Below are positions 50,370-60,347 of a stretch of 64,000 bases of DNA, in pieces (position 1 is the stretch's first letter; every line of letters begins with the position of its first letter). Both the position numbers and the translations under genes were made by a program. This DNA comes from Acidobacteriota bacterium (GTDB lineage Bacteria; Acidobacteriota; Polarisedimenticolia; SMYD01): the NCBI GenBank assembly GCA_046757405.1, contig JBHHYE010000008.1:1944-65943 (forward strand). The letters are read 5' to 3'. The notes beneath the pieces were generated by a model. It did no database searches. It was not told the DNA's origin and saw only the letters and a list, made by a program, of their open reading frames with translations.

Positions 50370-50538
50370 GGGGGTCCAGTTCCCGCGCCGGCAGTCGGCG
50401 GAGCGGGCGTTCAGAAACTTGATTCCCTGGATCGCGAAACCCATATTGATCCCGGTCTCCGGCCGGGCAAAAACCCGCGGGTTGACCGGAAACCGGCGCC
50501 ACGGACTCGCCTGTCGGGCCGTCAGAAGGGGAAACTCC

Positions 50539-52254
50539 ATGGCTATAAAGCTGGGCTGGATGCTAGTGAATGCCAATATCATCACCGATGCCCAGCTGCA
50601 GGAGACCCTGGAATACCAGAAGAAGAACGGCGGAAAGCTCGGCTTCAACCTGGTCAAGCTGGGTTTTTGTACGGAAGAGGAGATCACCGAGTTCCTCTCC
50701 CAGCAGTACGGCGTTCCCAGCGTCAACCTGCGCCACTTCGAGACCGATGAGGAAGTTTACAAGCTGATCCCGGCGGAAGTGGCGCAGAAATATCTCATCA
50801 TGCCCCTGTCCCGGACGGGGGCCACCCTCACCATCGCCATGGTGGATCCCACCAATGTCTTCGCCATGGATGACATCAAGTTCATGACCGGTTACAACGT
50901 GGAACCGGTGGTTGCCTCCGAGATGGCGATCAAGGAAGCCATCGAGAAGTACTACGGATCCAGCCATTCTCTCGAGCTCAAGAAGGTCATGGATGAAATG
51001 GCCGCCAGCACCACCGAGGAGCTCGAGGTTCTGGACGAGGACGAGGAGCTCGATCTCAGAAGCCTCGAACAGGCTTCCGAAGAAGCCCCCGTCGTCAAGC
51101 TGGTGAATATCATCCTGACCGATTCCATCAAACGCGGCGCCTCGGACATCCACATCGAGCCGTACGAGAAGGATTTCCGCGTCCGGTTTCGTATTGACGG
51201 CGTCTTGTACGAGATCATGCACCCACCGCTGAAACTACGGGATGCCATTCTTTCGCGGCTCAAGATCATGTCCAAGCTCGACATCTCTGAGAAGCGATTG
51301 CCGCAGGATGGGCGCATCAAGATCAAGATGAAGGTGGCGGGACGGAACAAGGAGATGGACTTCCGTGTCTCGGTGCTGCCGACTCTTTATGGTGAAAAGA
51401 TCGTCCTGCGTCTCCTCGACAAGGATAACCTGGTCCTGGACATGCGCCGCCTGGGCTTCGACGACGAATCCCTGGAAAAGTTCGAGCGCGCCATCTTTCG
51501 TCCGTATGGAATGGTCCTGGTCACGGGGCCGACGGGATCGGGGAAAACGAACACGCTGTACTCGGCCATTCATACGGTGAACACTCCCGAGACCAACATC
51601 ATGACGGCCGAGGATCCGGTGGAGTTCAACCTGCACGGGGTCAACCAGGTGCAGGTCAGAGAGGCCATCGGGCTGACCTTCGCGGCCTCTCTGCGGTCTT
51701 TCTTGCGCCAGGACCCCAACATCGTTCTGGTCGGAGAGATCCGCGACTTCGAGACCGCGGAAATCGCGGTGAAGGCGGCCTTGACCGGGCACCTGGTTCT
51801 CTCCACCTTGCACACCAATGATGCTCCCTCCACCATCAACCGCCTGATGAACATGGGGATCGAGCCGTTCATGGTTTCCACCTCGGTCCATCTGATCTGC
51901 GCACAGAGGCTCGTGCGGCGGATCTGCAAGGAGTGCAAGGAGCCGTTCCGCCTGGCCCCGCAGGCGTTGATCGATATCGGCCTGGACGAGACAGAGGCGG
52001 CGAAGCTCAAGCTCTTCAAAGGGGCAGGCTGTCAGACATGCAACAACACGGGATACAAGGGCCGTGTTGGACTGTATGAAGTCATGGAAATCGGCGAGGG
52101 TCTCAGGGAGATGATTCTTTGCGGCGCGTCGTCGGTCGAGCTCAAGAAAAAGGCCATCGAGGACGGGATGATGACCTTGCGTGCCAGCGGACTTCAAAAG
52201 ATCAAGATGGGAATCACGACGGTGGAAGAGGTCATTCGGGAGACCGTCCAGTAA
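50539..52254 (+). CDS. pilB: Type IV pilus assembly ATPase PilB (GspE family)
   Basis: N-terminal GSPII domain, Walker A VTGPTGSGKTNTLYSAI, Asp/His boxes, and the tetracysteine CKECKE...CQTCNNTGYKGR. Confidence 0.9.
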   Translation: MAIKLGWMLVNANIITDAQLQETLEYQKKNGGKLGFNLVKLGFCTEEEITEFLSQQYGVPSVNLRHFETDEEVYKLIPAEVAQKYLIMPLSRTGATLTIAMVDPTNVFAMDDIKFMTGYNVEPVVASEMAIKEAIEKYYGSSHSLELKKVMDEMAASTTEELEVLDEDEELDLRSLEQASEEAPVVKLVNIILTDSIKRGASDIHIEPYEKDFRVRFRIDGVLYEIMHPPLKLRDAILSRLKIMSKLDISEKRLPQDGRIKIKMKVAGRNKEMDFRVSVLPTLYGEKIVLRLLDKDNLVLDMRRLGFDDESLEKFERAIFRPYGMVLVTGPTGSGKTNTLYSAIHTVNTPETNIMTAEDPVEFNLHGVNQVQVREAIGLTFAASLRSFLRQDPNIVLVGEIRDFETAEIAVKAALTGHLVLSTLHTNDAPSTINRLMNMGIEPFMVSTSVHLICAQRLVRRICKECKEPFRLAPQALIDIGLDETEAAKLKLFKGAGCQTCNNTGYKGRVGLYEVMEIGEGLREMILCGASSVELKKKAIEDGMMTLRASGLQKIKMGITTVEEVIRETVQ

Positions 52255-52280
52255 CCGCGCTGCCAGGAGGAAGAGCGCAG

Positions 52281-53402
52281 ATGGCAATCACATTGCACCA
52301 GCTCCTGAAGACTCTCGTGGAACAGGGTGGCACTGATTTGCATGTCACCACCAATTCCCCGCCCCAGATCCGTATCAATGGCCGTCTGGTCCCCTTGCAA
52401 CTGCCGCCCATGACGGCTTCCGAGACGAAGCAGCTCATCTATTCGGTGCTCACGGATAACCAGAAGCACCGGTTCGAGGAGAACCTGGAGCTCGACCTGT
52501 CGTTCGGGGTGAAGGGGCTCGCCCGGTTCCGTGCCAACGTTTTCCTGCAACGGGGAGCCGTGTGCGCCGCCTTCCGGACCATCCCCTGGGAAATCAAGGG
52601 GTTCAAGGAGCTCGGCCTTCCCGACATCGTCGAGAAGCTCAGCGACAGGCCGCGCGGACTGGTCCTGGTGACGGGCCCGACGGGATCGGGGAAATCCACC
52701 ACGCTGGCCGCCATGCTCGACAGGATCAACACGGAGCGCAACAGCCACATCGTCACCATCGAGGATCCAGTCGAGTTTCTTCACTCCCACAAGAAATGCA
52801 TTGTCAATCAGCGCGAGCTCAATGCCGATACGTTGTCATTCAGCAACGCCCTGCGCTCTGTTCTGCGCCAGGATCCCGATGTTGTTCTCATCGGCGAGAT
52901 GCGTGATCTTGAAACCATCGAGGCGGCGCTGAGAATTGCAGAGACCGGGCACCTGACATTCGCGACTCTGCACACCAATTCCACGGTTCAGACCATCAAC
53001 CGGATCATCGACGTCTTTCCGGCGTACCAGCAAAGCCAGGTGCGGGCCCAGCTCTCCTTTGTGCTCGAGGGGATTCTCTGCCAGACGTTGCTGCCCATGT
53101 CCACCAATGCGGGGCGGGTCATGAGCATGGAAATCATGGTTCCCAACGCCGCCATCCGGAACCTCATCCGGGAAGACAAGATCCATCAGATCTACTCCAT
53201 CATGCAGACGGGGCAGGCCAAATTCGGTATGCAAACTTTCAACCAGTCGCTGGCCTCCTTGTTCCTCAAGAAGAAGATCACTCTGGAGGTCGCGCGCAGC
53301 GCGTCGTCCAAGCCCGAAGAACTCGACGACATGATCAGCCGGGGCTCCGGGCTTATCTATGAGACCCGGCCCAATGCCGCGGCCCGCAGGGCCCGGCGGT
53401 AG
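52281..53402 (+). CDS. pilT: Twitching-motility retraction ATPase PilT
   Basis: Walker A VTGPTGSGKSTT, the PilT-specific AIRNLIRE motif, ~370 aa. It lacks the long N-terminal extension of PilB. Confidence 0.9.
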   Translation: MAITLHQLLKTLVEQGGTDLHVTTNSPPQIRINGRLVPLQLPPMTASETKQLIYSVLTDNQKHRFEENLELDLSFGVKGLARFRANVFLQRGAVCAAFRTIPWEIKGFKELGLPDIVEKLSDRPRGLVLVTGPTGSGKSTTLAAMLDRINTERNSHIVTIEDPVEFLHSHKKCIVNQRELNADTLSFSNALRSVLRQDPDVVLIGEMRDLETIEAALRIAETGHLTFATLHTNSTVQTINRIIDVFPAYQQSQVRAQLSFVLEGILCQTLLPMSTNAGRVMSMEIMVPNAAIRNLIREDKIHQIYSIMQTGQAKFGMQTFNQSLASLFLKKKITLEVARSASSKPEELDDMISRGSGLIYETRPNAAARRARR

Positions 53403-53435
53403 GCCAGCCCGGAACCGGCCCGAAGGAGGTACCTG

Positions 53436-54638
53436 ATGCCGACCTATTCATGGAAAGGGCGCAACCCCGCAGGTGTCATGCAGGAAGGCGTCCTGTCCGC
53501 GGACAGCAAGGAAGCGCTGGTGGGCATGCTGCGCAAGCAGCAAATCCTGGTCACGGCCGTGACCGAGAAGGGGAAGGAATTCGCCCTGCCCAAGTTCGGG
53601 GGCGGAGTCAAGCAAAAAGAGATCGCCATCTTCACCCGGCAGTTCAGTGTCATGATCGATGCAGGTTTGCCACTGGTCCAGTGCTTGGAAATCCTGGCTG
53701 GACAGCAGGTCAACCGGGTCTTCAAGAAGGTTCTGGTCAATGTCCGGCAGGATGTGGAAGCCGGGGCTACCTTGGCCGATTCCCTACGGAAACATCCGAA
53801 AGTCTTCAACGCTCTGTACTCCAACATGGTGGCCGCCGGCGAGACCGGCGGTATTCTTGACACGATCCTGCAGCGCCTTTCCACCTACATTGAGAAGATT
53901 GTCAAGCTGCGCGGCGCGGTGCGCTCAGCCTCCGTCTATCCGGTCGCCGTGATTACCATCGCCGTGGGGGTGGTGACGATCATTCTGTGGAGAGTCATCC
54001 CGACTTTCGCGACTCTCTTCGAGGGGCTAGGCGCCCAGCTGCCGCTGCCGACGCGGATCACCATCGCCATTTCCGAGTTCCTGGGACGATGGATGCCGGT
54101 GCTGGTTCTCATGGTCGGCCTGCTCATTTTCGCGATCTTCCGTTACCACAAGACCCATTCGGGCAGGCGGTGGATCGACCGCTTGGTCCTCAAGATACCC
54201 GTGCTCGGCTCCCTGTTGCGAAAGATCGCCGTGGCGCGATTTTGCCGGACTCTCGGGACGTTGATCTCATCGGGTGTTCCGATCCTCGAGGGGCTGGAAG
54301 TCACGGCCAAGACGGCCGGCAACTCGATCGTCGAGGATGCCATCATGGCGACCCGGAAGAGCGTGGAGGAGGGGAAGAATCTGGCGGTGCCCCTGGGAGA
54401 CACCAAGGTCTTCCCTTCCATGGTCGTGCAGATGATCGCCGTGGGCGAACAGACGGGCGCCATGGACGCCATGCTGGCCAAGATCGCGGACTTTTACGAG
54501 GACGAAGTGGACGAGGCAGTGGCCAATCTTCTTGCCCTGATGGAACCGGTGATGATAGTCTTCCTGGGGACGATCATCGGCGGCATCGTGATTTCCATGT
54601 ATATGCCGCTGTTCTCGCTGATCAACAAGATCGGGTGA
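53436..54638 (+). CDS. pilC: Type IV pilus inner-membrane platform protein PilC (GspF family)
   Basis: Two GspF repeats (FTRQFSVMIDAGLPLVQCLEIL... and ...FCRTLGTLISSGVPILEGLEV), ~400 aa. Confidence 0.9.
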   Translation: MPTYSWKGRNPAGVMQEGVLSADSKEALVGMLRKQQILVTAVTEKGKEFALPKFGGGVKQKEIAIFTRQFSVMIDAGLPLVQCLEILAGQQVNRVFKKVLVNVRQDVEAGATLADSLRKHPKVFNALYSNMVAAGETGGILDTILQRLSTYIEKIVKLRGAVRSASVYPVAVITIAVGVVTIILWRVIPTFATLFEGLGAQLPLPTRITIAISEFLGRWMPVLVLMVGLLIFAIFRYHKTHSGRRWIDRLVLKIPVLGSLLRKIAVARFCRTLGTLISSGVPILEGLEVTAKTAGNSIVEDAIMATRKSVEEGKNLAVPLGDTKVFPSMVVQMIAVGEQTGAMDAMLAKIADFYEDEVDEAVANLLALMEPVMIVFLGTIIGGIVISMYMPLFSLINKIG

Positions 54639-54751
54639 GAGAGACGAATCGTCTCCGGCTCGGATGGGGAGCTTGAACCAGTCAGGCGGTGCGCCTCGAC
54701 GGCTGAGAGCGCATTGATGCCATTGGGCGCGCGACTCCGCATACCGGCTCT

Positions 54752-56446
54752 ATGACAGACACCCTCTACAAAATCCGGCTCTTGATGGTGGTCCGGGTGG
54801 TGGCGGTGACGGCCCTGCTCGTGGTGGCCTTCCTGGTAGAGTTATGGTTCCAGCCGGCACGCTCGCTTCGCCCTCTTTATATTCTCACCGCGGCCACTTA
54901 CTCCCTCACCATCATCTATGGATTGCTCTATGCGACTCTCCGCGAGCAGCAGGTCTTCATCCATTTACAGCTGATCGGCGACATCCTGGCCAGTTCGGCT
55001 TTTGTCTACATAACGGGCGGGACGACCAGCCCTTTTTCATTTCTCTATGTTCCGGTCATTCTCGCCGCGGGCATGCTGCTCTACCAGCGGGGCGCGTACA
55101 CCTTCGCCTGTCTCTCCTCCCTGGCCTACGGAACCCTGGTTGTGGCCATCTTGACGGGAGTGCTCCCGGTGTATCCCCCCGGGTCGATGCAGATCTCCGC
55201 AGCGGAGTTCAAGCGCGCCAGTTTTGCACTTATGGTCCACTTCCTGGGGTTCGGACTGGTGGCCATCCTGGCCTCGGCCCTGTCGGAAAGTCTCCGTCGG
55301 ACCGGCGAGGAGCTGGGAACCACCCGCGAGAATCTGGAAGACCTGCAGGTGTTCAATGCCCTGATCATTGATTCGGTGAATTCGGGCCTGATCACCGCCG
55401 ATCCGGCCGGCCGGATTACCTTCCTGAACCGCGCCGCCCGGGAAATAACGGGGCTCATGGAATCATTCGCCCGGGAGCGATCCATTCAGGATCTTTTTGA
55501 TTTGCCGGATGATTTCATCGAACGCCTCAACCGATGCCTGGCGCGGGCCCGCCGTTTTCGATTCGAGGTGCGCTACCAGGTAGCGGCGGGCGTCAACCGG
55601 ATCCTTGGATTCACCGCGGGACTGCTTCGCGACAAGGAGCGCATGCCACTGGGCTATATCTTCACCTTCCAGGATCTCACGGAGATCAAGGCTCTGGAAA
55701 AAGAAGTGCTGGTACGTGAGAGAATGGCAGCCGTGGGAGAGATGGCGGCCGGGATGGCCCATGAGCTGCGGAATCCACTGGCATCCATGAGTGGTTCGGT
55801 ACAAGTTCTCGGAACCGGTATTCCCACGGAGCGGCGCGACCAGATGGAGCTCCTGGAAATCATCCAGAGGGAGTCCCTGCGCCTTGACCAGGTGTTGAAA
55901 GATTTTCTTTCCTTCGCCCGGCCGCGGCCTTTCAATCCAGAATTGACCGATCTGGTCGGTCTCCTGACCGATCTTGTCCGCTTGCTCAAGAATTCTCCAG
56001 GATTGCTTCCCGCCCACCAGGTCGTGACCACCTTTGCATGCCAGTCGCTTCCCTGTCACGTGGATGTCGATCGCATCAAACAGGTTTTCTGGAACCTTGC
56101 CAGTAATGCTCTGCGGGCCATGCCCGCGGGCGGACGCCTGGAGATCTCCGCCGGCCCCGCCCGGGATGGCATGGTGGCCTTCTCGTTCACGGACACGGGC
56201 CACGGGATGACCGCCGAAGAGATGAGGAATTTTTTCAGGCCGTTCCGCTCCCGGTTTGACGGGGGGACCGGGCTCGGAACCGCCATCGTCTACCGTATTG
56301 TGCAGGAGCACAACGGACGCACGACCGTTGACTCGGAACCGGGGCGCGGCACCAAGGTCGTGGTGTCGATCCCGGCGCAGCCCGTAGGGACGACCGATTA
56401 TCGTGAGGAGAATCGATGGGAGCAATTGGTCGAGCACGTGTCCTGA
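54752..56446 (+). CDS. pilS: Sensor histidine kinase PilS-like (polytopic N-terminus, PAS, HisKA, HATPase_c)
   Basis: Six N-terminal TM helices, then the H-box MAAGMAHELRNPL and N/G boxes (GGRLEISAG..., GTGLGTAIV). It is adjacent and co-oriented with pilR. Confidence 0.8.
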   Translation: MTDTLYKIRLLMVVRVVAVTALLVVAFLVELWFQPARSLRPLYILTAATYSLTIIYGLLYATLREQQVFIHLQLIGDILASSAFVYITGGTTSPFSFLYVPVILAAGMLLYQRGAYTFACLSSLAYGTLVVAILTGVLPVYPPGSMQISAAEFKRASFALMVHFLGFGLVAILASALSESLRRTGEELGTTRENLEDLQVFNALIIDSVNSGLITADPAGRITFLNRAAREITGLMESFARERSIQDLFDLPDDFIERLNRCLARARRFRFEVRYQVAAGVNRILGFTAGLLRDKERMPLGYIFTFQDLTEIKALEKEVLVRERMAAVGEMAAGMAHELRNPLASMSGSVQVLGTGIPTERRDQMELLEIIQRESLRLDQVLKDFLSFARPRPFNPELTDLVGLLTDLVRLLKNSPGLLPAHQVVTTFACQSLPCHVDVDRIKQVFWNLASNALRAMPAGGRLEISAGPARDGMVAFSFTDTGHGMTAEEMRNFFRPFRSRFDGGTGLGTAIVYRIVQEHNGRTTVDSEPGRGTKVVVSIPAQPVGTTDYREENRWEQLVEHVS

Positions 56447-57876
56447 TCGTCGACGACGAGAAGTCGATGCGGGAATTGCTGGCGATTGCCCTGGAGCCTG
56501 ACCAGCTCGAGGTGAAGGCGGTTGCCTCGGTGGCCGATGCCCGGAGGGCGATGCAGGAAAGTCCTTTTGACCTGGTGGTGTCTGACATCGCCATGCCCGG
56601 AGAAAGCGGCATGGAGCTCCTGGCCGAGCTCCGCCGGTCCAGCCCCCAGCTCCCTGTCATTCTCATCACCGCCTACGCATCCATGGAGTCGGCGAAACGC
56701 GCTTTTTCATTGGGTGTTTATGATTGCGTCGACAAGGGCGCGAGCTTCAACATCGAGGAATTCCGCGCGACGGTGCGCAACGCCATCCAGTCGCGCCAGG
56801 TGCTTCAAGAGAACCAGATCCTCAAGAAGCAGCTCAAGAACCGGCATGGACCCGGGACCCTGGTGGCCCGCTCCCGGAAAATGCAAGCCGTCTGCGATCT
56901 CATTGATCGGGTGGCGCCGACGCGCTCCACGCTGTTGATCACCGGCGAGAGCGGCACAGGCAAGGAAGTGGTGGCCCGGACCATTCATTATTCCGGCCCA
57001 GGGGCCGAGGCCCCCTTTGTCTCCATTAACTGCGGCGCCATGCCCTCGGAATTGCTGGAGAGCGAGCTGTTCGGCCACATGAAGGGTGCGTTCACCGGCG
57101 CCCTGGCGGCCAAGCAAGGATTGTTTCAAGCGGCCCGCGAGGGTACGGTCTTTCTGGATGAGATCGGAGAGATGCCGCCGTCAGCGCAGGTGAGACTCCT
57201 CCGGGTCTTGCAGGAACGGACCATCCGGATGGTGGGTGGGACCGAGGAGATCGAAGTCGAGGCGCGGGTGGTGGCGGCCACCAACGCAGACCTGGCCGCC
57301 AAGGTCGAGCAGGGTGCCTTCCGGGCGGACCTTTACTACCGGATCAATGTCATTCCCATTCATCTACCGCCTCTCCGTGAGCGCCTGGAAGACATCTCGG
57401 CTCTTGCCCAGCTCTTCGTCCGGAGATTCGCCCGCGAGCTCGGCCGTGAGGCGCCTGAGTTTTCGCCGGAGTCCCTGCGCGCGCTGGAAGAGTACGCCTG
57501 GCCCGGGAACGTGCGCGAGCTGGAGAATGCGATCCAGCGGGCCGTGACCCTGGCCGGTGAGGGGGCCATCACGCCGGATGTGCTGCCGGCGGCGATCACG
57601 GAAAAAGACGCCGTGGGCGCTCCACCAGGAGAAGGGCGCCTGGAGACCGTCTCGCCCACGCTGATCCCGGAAGGACAGAACCTGGACCAGTACCTGGGAA
57701 CCATCAAGGCCTCGCTCATGGAGCGGGCCCTGGAGGAGTCCAACCATGTCCAGGTGGAGGCGGCGCGGCGCCTGGGCATGTCGTTCCGGTCGTTCCGGTA
57801 CTTCGCCAAGCAGCTGGGAGTTCACGTTCATCCGGAGAGCCGTGAGCGAGAGGGCGGACGAGGGTCCAAAGGGTGA
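56416..57876 (+). CDS. pilR: Sigma54-dependent response regulator PilR (NtrC family)
   Basis: REC domain (VLIVDDE...D at the phospho-site), AAA+ sigma54-activator core (GESGTGKE, GAFRADLYYRINVIPIHLPPLRER), and a C-terminal Fis-type HTH. Confidence 0.9.
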   Translation: MGAIGRARVLIVDDEKSMRELLAIALEPDQLEVKAVASVADARRAMQESPFDLVVSDIAMPGESGMELLAELRRSSPQLPVILITAYASMESAKRAFSLGVYDCVDKGASFNIEEFRATVRNAIQSRQVLQENQILKKQLKNRHGPGTLVARSRKMQAVCDLIDRVAPTRSTLLITGESGTGKEVVARTIHYSGPGAEAPFVSINCGAMPSELLESELFGHMKGAFTGALAAKQGLFQAAREGTVFLDEIGEMPPSAQVRLLRVLQERTIRMVGGTEEIEVEARVVAATNADLAAKVEQGAFRADLYYRINVIPIHLPPLRERLEDISALAQLFVRRFARELGREAPEFSPESLRALEEYAWPGNVRELENAIQRAVTLAGEGAITPDVLPAAITEKDAVGAPPGEGRLETVSPTLIPEGQNLDQYLGTIKASLMERALEESNHVQVEAARRLGMSFRSFRYFAKQLGVHVHPESREREGGRGSKG

Positions 57877-60347
57877 CGGTCACTTCCGGCAGGGGCCGGT
57901 TCATGGCCCCGCCGATCCTGGGCGTTACCCTGGCGGCCTTCGCCGGAGCCCTGAGCGGCGGCACCCTCTATTTTCGAGACCTGATTCTTCTTCACCGTCC
58001 TGTCCGCGTGGCCATCCGCCGCCTGTGGAGAGCGGGAATCGTGCCTCTCTGGGATCCCTGGCAGGATGGTGGGCGCGTTCTCCTCGCCAACCCGAACCAC
58101 CAGGTTCTCCATCCGACGGCTCTCCTGGACCTCTTCTTCTCGGTGGACACCGCCCTTGCCGCCGCCATGGTCGTGCAGGTTTTCCTGGCCGGCTGGGGAC
58201 TGGCCCTGTTCCTCAAGGACCGGGGCGCGACCCCCGCCGCGGCCCGGATGGGAGGGATGACCTACGCGCTTTCCGGCCCCGTGCTGTCGCTGGGCAATCT
58301 TCCCAACCTGATGGGGTCGATTGCCTGGGTGCCCCTGGTGCTCTGGGCCGGCTGCCGGGCGTTCCGATCGCCGGGGCTCTGGGTCCCGCTCGCCGCGTTC
58401 CTGGCCGCGATTCCGGCCTTGAGCGGCGGCGTCGAATCTCTCGGAGTGGCCGCGCTGATCCTCGGGGCTTTGGCCCTCTGGCACCCGGACCGGTTGCGGC
58501 GGCTCGGTATCACCGCGAGCATCACCGTGGGGGGACTCATGCTGGCGGCGGTGCAGCTTCTTCCCGCCTGGGAGACCTTGCGCGACTCCGAGCGCGGGCT
58601 GGGATTCCAGCCGGACCAGATCTTTTACTGGTCCTTTTCTCCCATTCGTTTCCTGGAAGCCGCCATCCCCCGGCTCTGGGGCCTGCCCACCGACCGGGCC
58701 GCCTGGTGGGGCGAGGCGGTGTTCGACGGGGGATGGCCTCTCATCCTCTCGACGTACCTGGGGGCCGGTGTGCTGGTCCTGGCCGGGGTTGGCGGCAGCG
58801 TGGCCATCGGACGTTTCGTCGGGCGCGCCGGACGCTTCCGGCGAATGGCCGCGGCGCGGTTGCCGGACGAGATGTGGCAGTCCACGCTGGTCGCAGGATG
58901 GACCGGGACCGGTCTCATGCTGCTGGCTCTGGGACGTCACAATCCGCTCCTGACGCTCTGGGGCGGCCTGCCCAGGGCAGGGGGGGCCATTCTTCGTTAT
59001 CCGGAGCGACTGGTCCCGCTGGCTGTGCTGGCCGTTGCGGTGGCTGCCGCAGCCGGCTGGCAGGTGCTGGCGGCGGCGAGACAGGAAAAGGAGGCTCTGC
59101 CACGGAGCTGGTGGATGGCGGCCGCCACCATGGTCCTCCTGCTCGGTCTGGCCGGAGCCATGGCGCGGTGGGCCGGCCTCCATCCCGTCGGACTGTACCA
59201 GCCGGCGCTTTCGGCGCGGGCTGCGGCTGCCCTGGTCCTCCCCGTGGTCAAGGCCGTGGCAGGGCTCTGGGTGGTGGCCGTGTGTGTCTGGATGGCCGGC
59301 CGGCCGCGGCGCGAATCTCTTGCCGCGGGCCTTCTGTTCCTTGCCCTGTCGGCGGATCTCCTGGCTGCGAACGGAGCACTGAATCCCACCATGGATCCAG
59401 GGCTGATGGCGTCCGAGCCCGCGGCGGCCAGGTTCCTTGCCTCGCTGGAGAGCAGCGATCGTCCGGAGGAGAGGCCCTGTGTCGTGCGTGGTGTCGAGCC
59501 CCGTGGGCCGTGGGCCGCGGCTCCGTCCGGCGAGGCGGCCGTCTGGTCCCGCCACAGCCTGGCTCTCAGGATCCCGGAGGAGTTCGGGTTGGCGACCTCC
59601 TTGACCCGGGACGTGGACCGCTCCACCCCCCTGGGCAACGCGTATCTGCGTGTCGCCCACCGGCAAGCCACGGGTGCATCCCGGGAGCGGCTGGCGGATC
59701 GTGCCGGAGCCTCCTGGGAGCTGGGATTCGATCCCGGGCCGTCCCCGATTCCCGCGGGCGCTCCCTTCCACCAGAAGGTCCTGCCCGGGGCTCCGGCCGT
59801 GGTCCTCTGGCCGCGGCCCGACGCGGCGCCGCGGATCAGCATCGTGCCCCGCGGGATCGCCCTGGGAAGGCTTGCCGCGCCGGGAGGGCTTCAACGGCTC
59901 CTGGCCCGGCTCGGCGACCCCGGCTCCGACCCGCGGCGCGAGGTTTTTCTCTCAGGGCGCCAGTCCCGCCCCGTGGAGGGACACTGGGAGCCCGCGGCGG
60001 GACGCGCCGACCTGGTCGTGGAGACGCCGCTCCACCTCGAGATCGCCACGCAGGCGCCCGGCCCCGGGGTTCTGGTGGTCCGCGATTCACTGGCGCGCGG
60101 CTGGCAGGCGCGTCTGGACGGGCGCCGGGTCGAGGTTGTGCGCGCTGACCTGGCCTGGCGGGGAGTCGTCCTGCCGGCCGGCCTCCACCGGGTAAGCTTC
60201 GTGTACCGCCAGCCGGGCCTGGTTGCCGGGACCGCGTGCAGCGCGATGGCCCTGGCGGTTCTCCTGGGCGTGGCCGGCCGATCGGTACGCCGTCACGGGC
60301 GGTGGCAGGCAGCCCGCCAGGCCGAGAACGGCCGGAGGGCCGCTTGA
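57873..60347 (+). CDS. YfhO-family-like polytopic membrane protein (GT-C-fold glycosyltransferase candidate)
   Basis: About 13 N-terminal TM helices and a ~300-aa extracytoplasmic C-terminal domain. It ends GWQARLDGRRVEVVRADLAWRGVVLPAGLHRVSFVYRQPG plus a terminal TM helix, closely resembling the conserved YfhO C-terminus (..W.A.VDGK.V...AN.AFRGV.LPAG.H.V.F.Y.P). Confidence 0.6.
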   Translation: MTVTSGRGRFMAPPILGVTLAAFAGALSGGTLYFRDLILLHRPVRVAIRRLWRAGIVPLWDPWQDGGRVLLANPNHQVLHPTALLDLFFSVDTALAAAMVVQVFLAGWGLALFLKDRGATPAAARMGGMTYALSGPVLSLGNLPNLMGSIAWVPLVLWAGCRAFRSPGLWVPLAAFLAAIPALSGGVESLGVAALILGALALWHPDRLRRLGITASITVGGLMLAAVQLLPAWETLRDSERGLGFQPDQIFYWSFSPIRFLEAAIPRLWGLPTDRAAWWGEAVFDGGWPLILSTYLGAGVLVLAGVGGSVAIGRFVGRAGRFRRMAAARLPDEMWQSTLVAGWTGTGLMLLALGRHNPLLTLWGGLPRAGGAILRYPERLVPLAVLAVAVAAAAGWQVLAAARQEKEALPRSWWMAAATMVLLLGLAGAMARWAGLHPVGLYQPALSARAAAALVLPVVKAVAGLWVVAVCVWMAGRPRRESLAAGLLFLALSADLLAANGALNPTMDPGLMASEPAAARFLASLESSDRPEERPCVVRGVEPRGPWAAAPSGEAAVWSRHSLALRIPEEFGLATSLTRDVDRSTPLGNAYLRVAHRQATGASRERLADRAGASWELGFDPGPSPIPAGAPFHQKVLPGAPAVVLWPRPDAAPRISIVPRGIALGRLAAPGGLQRLLARLGDPGSDPRREVFLSGRQSRPVEGHWEPAAGRADLVVETPLHLEIATQAPGPGVLVVRDSLARGWQARLDGRRVEVVRADLAWRGVVLPAGLHRVSFVYRQPGLVAGTACSAMALAVLLGVAGRSVRRHGRWQAARQAENGRRAA

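Noticed and set aside
50370-50538. Possible sigma70/sigma54 promoter upstream of pilB
   Set aside because: Only a weak TTGATT-N19-TATTGA arrangement with a non-optimal spacer, and no GG-N10-GC match. Not enough to call.
57746-60148. 800-aa (+) and 688-aa (-, 57828-59894) ORFs overlapping the YfhO-like gene
   Set aside because: Both are R/P/G-rich alternative frames. The chosen frame (57873) has 13 hydrophobic helices and the YfhO-type C-terminal motif.
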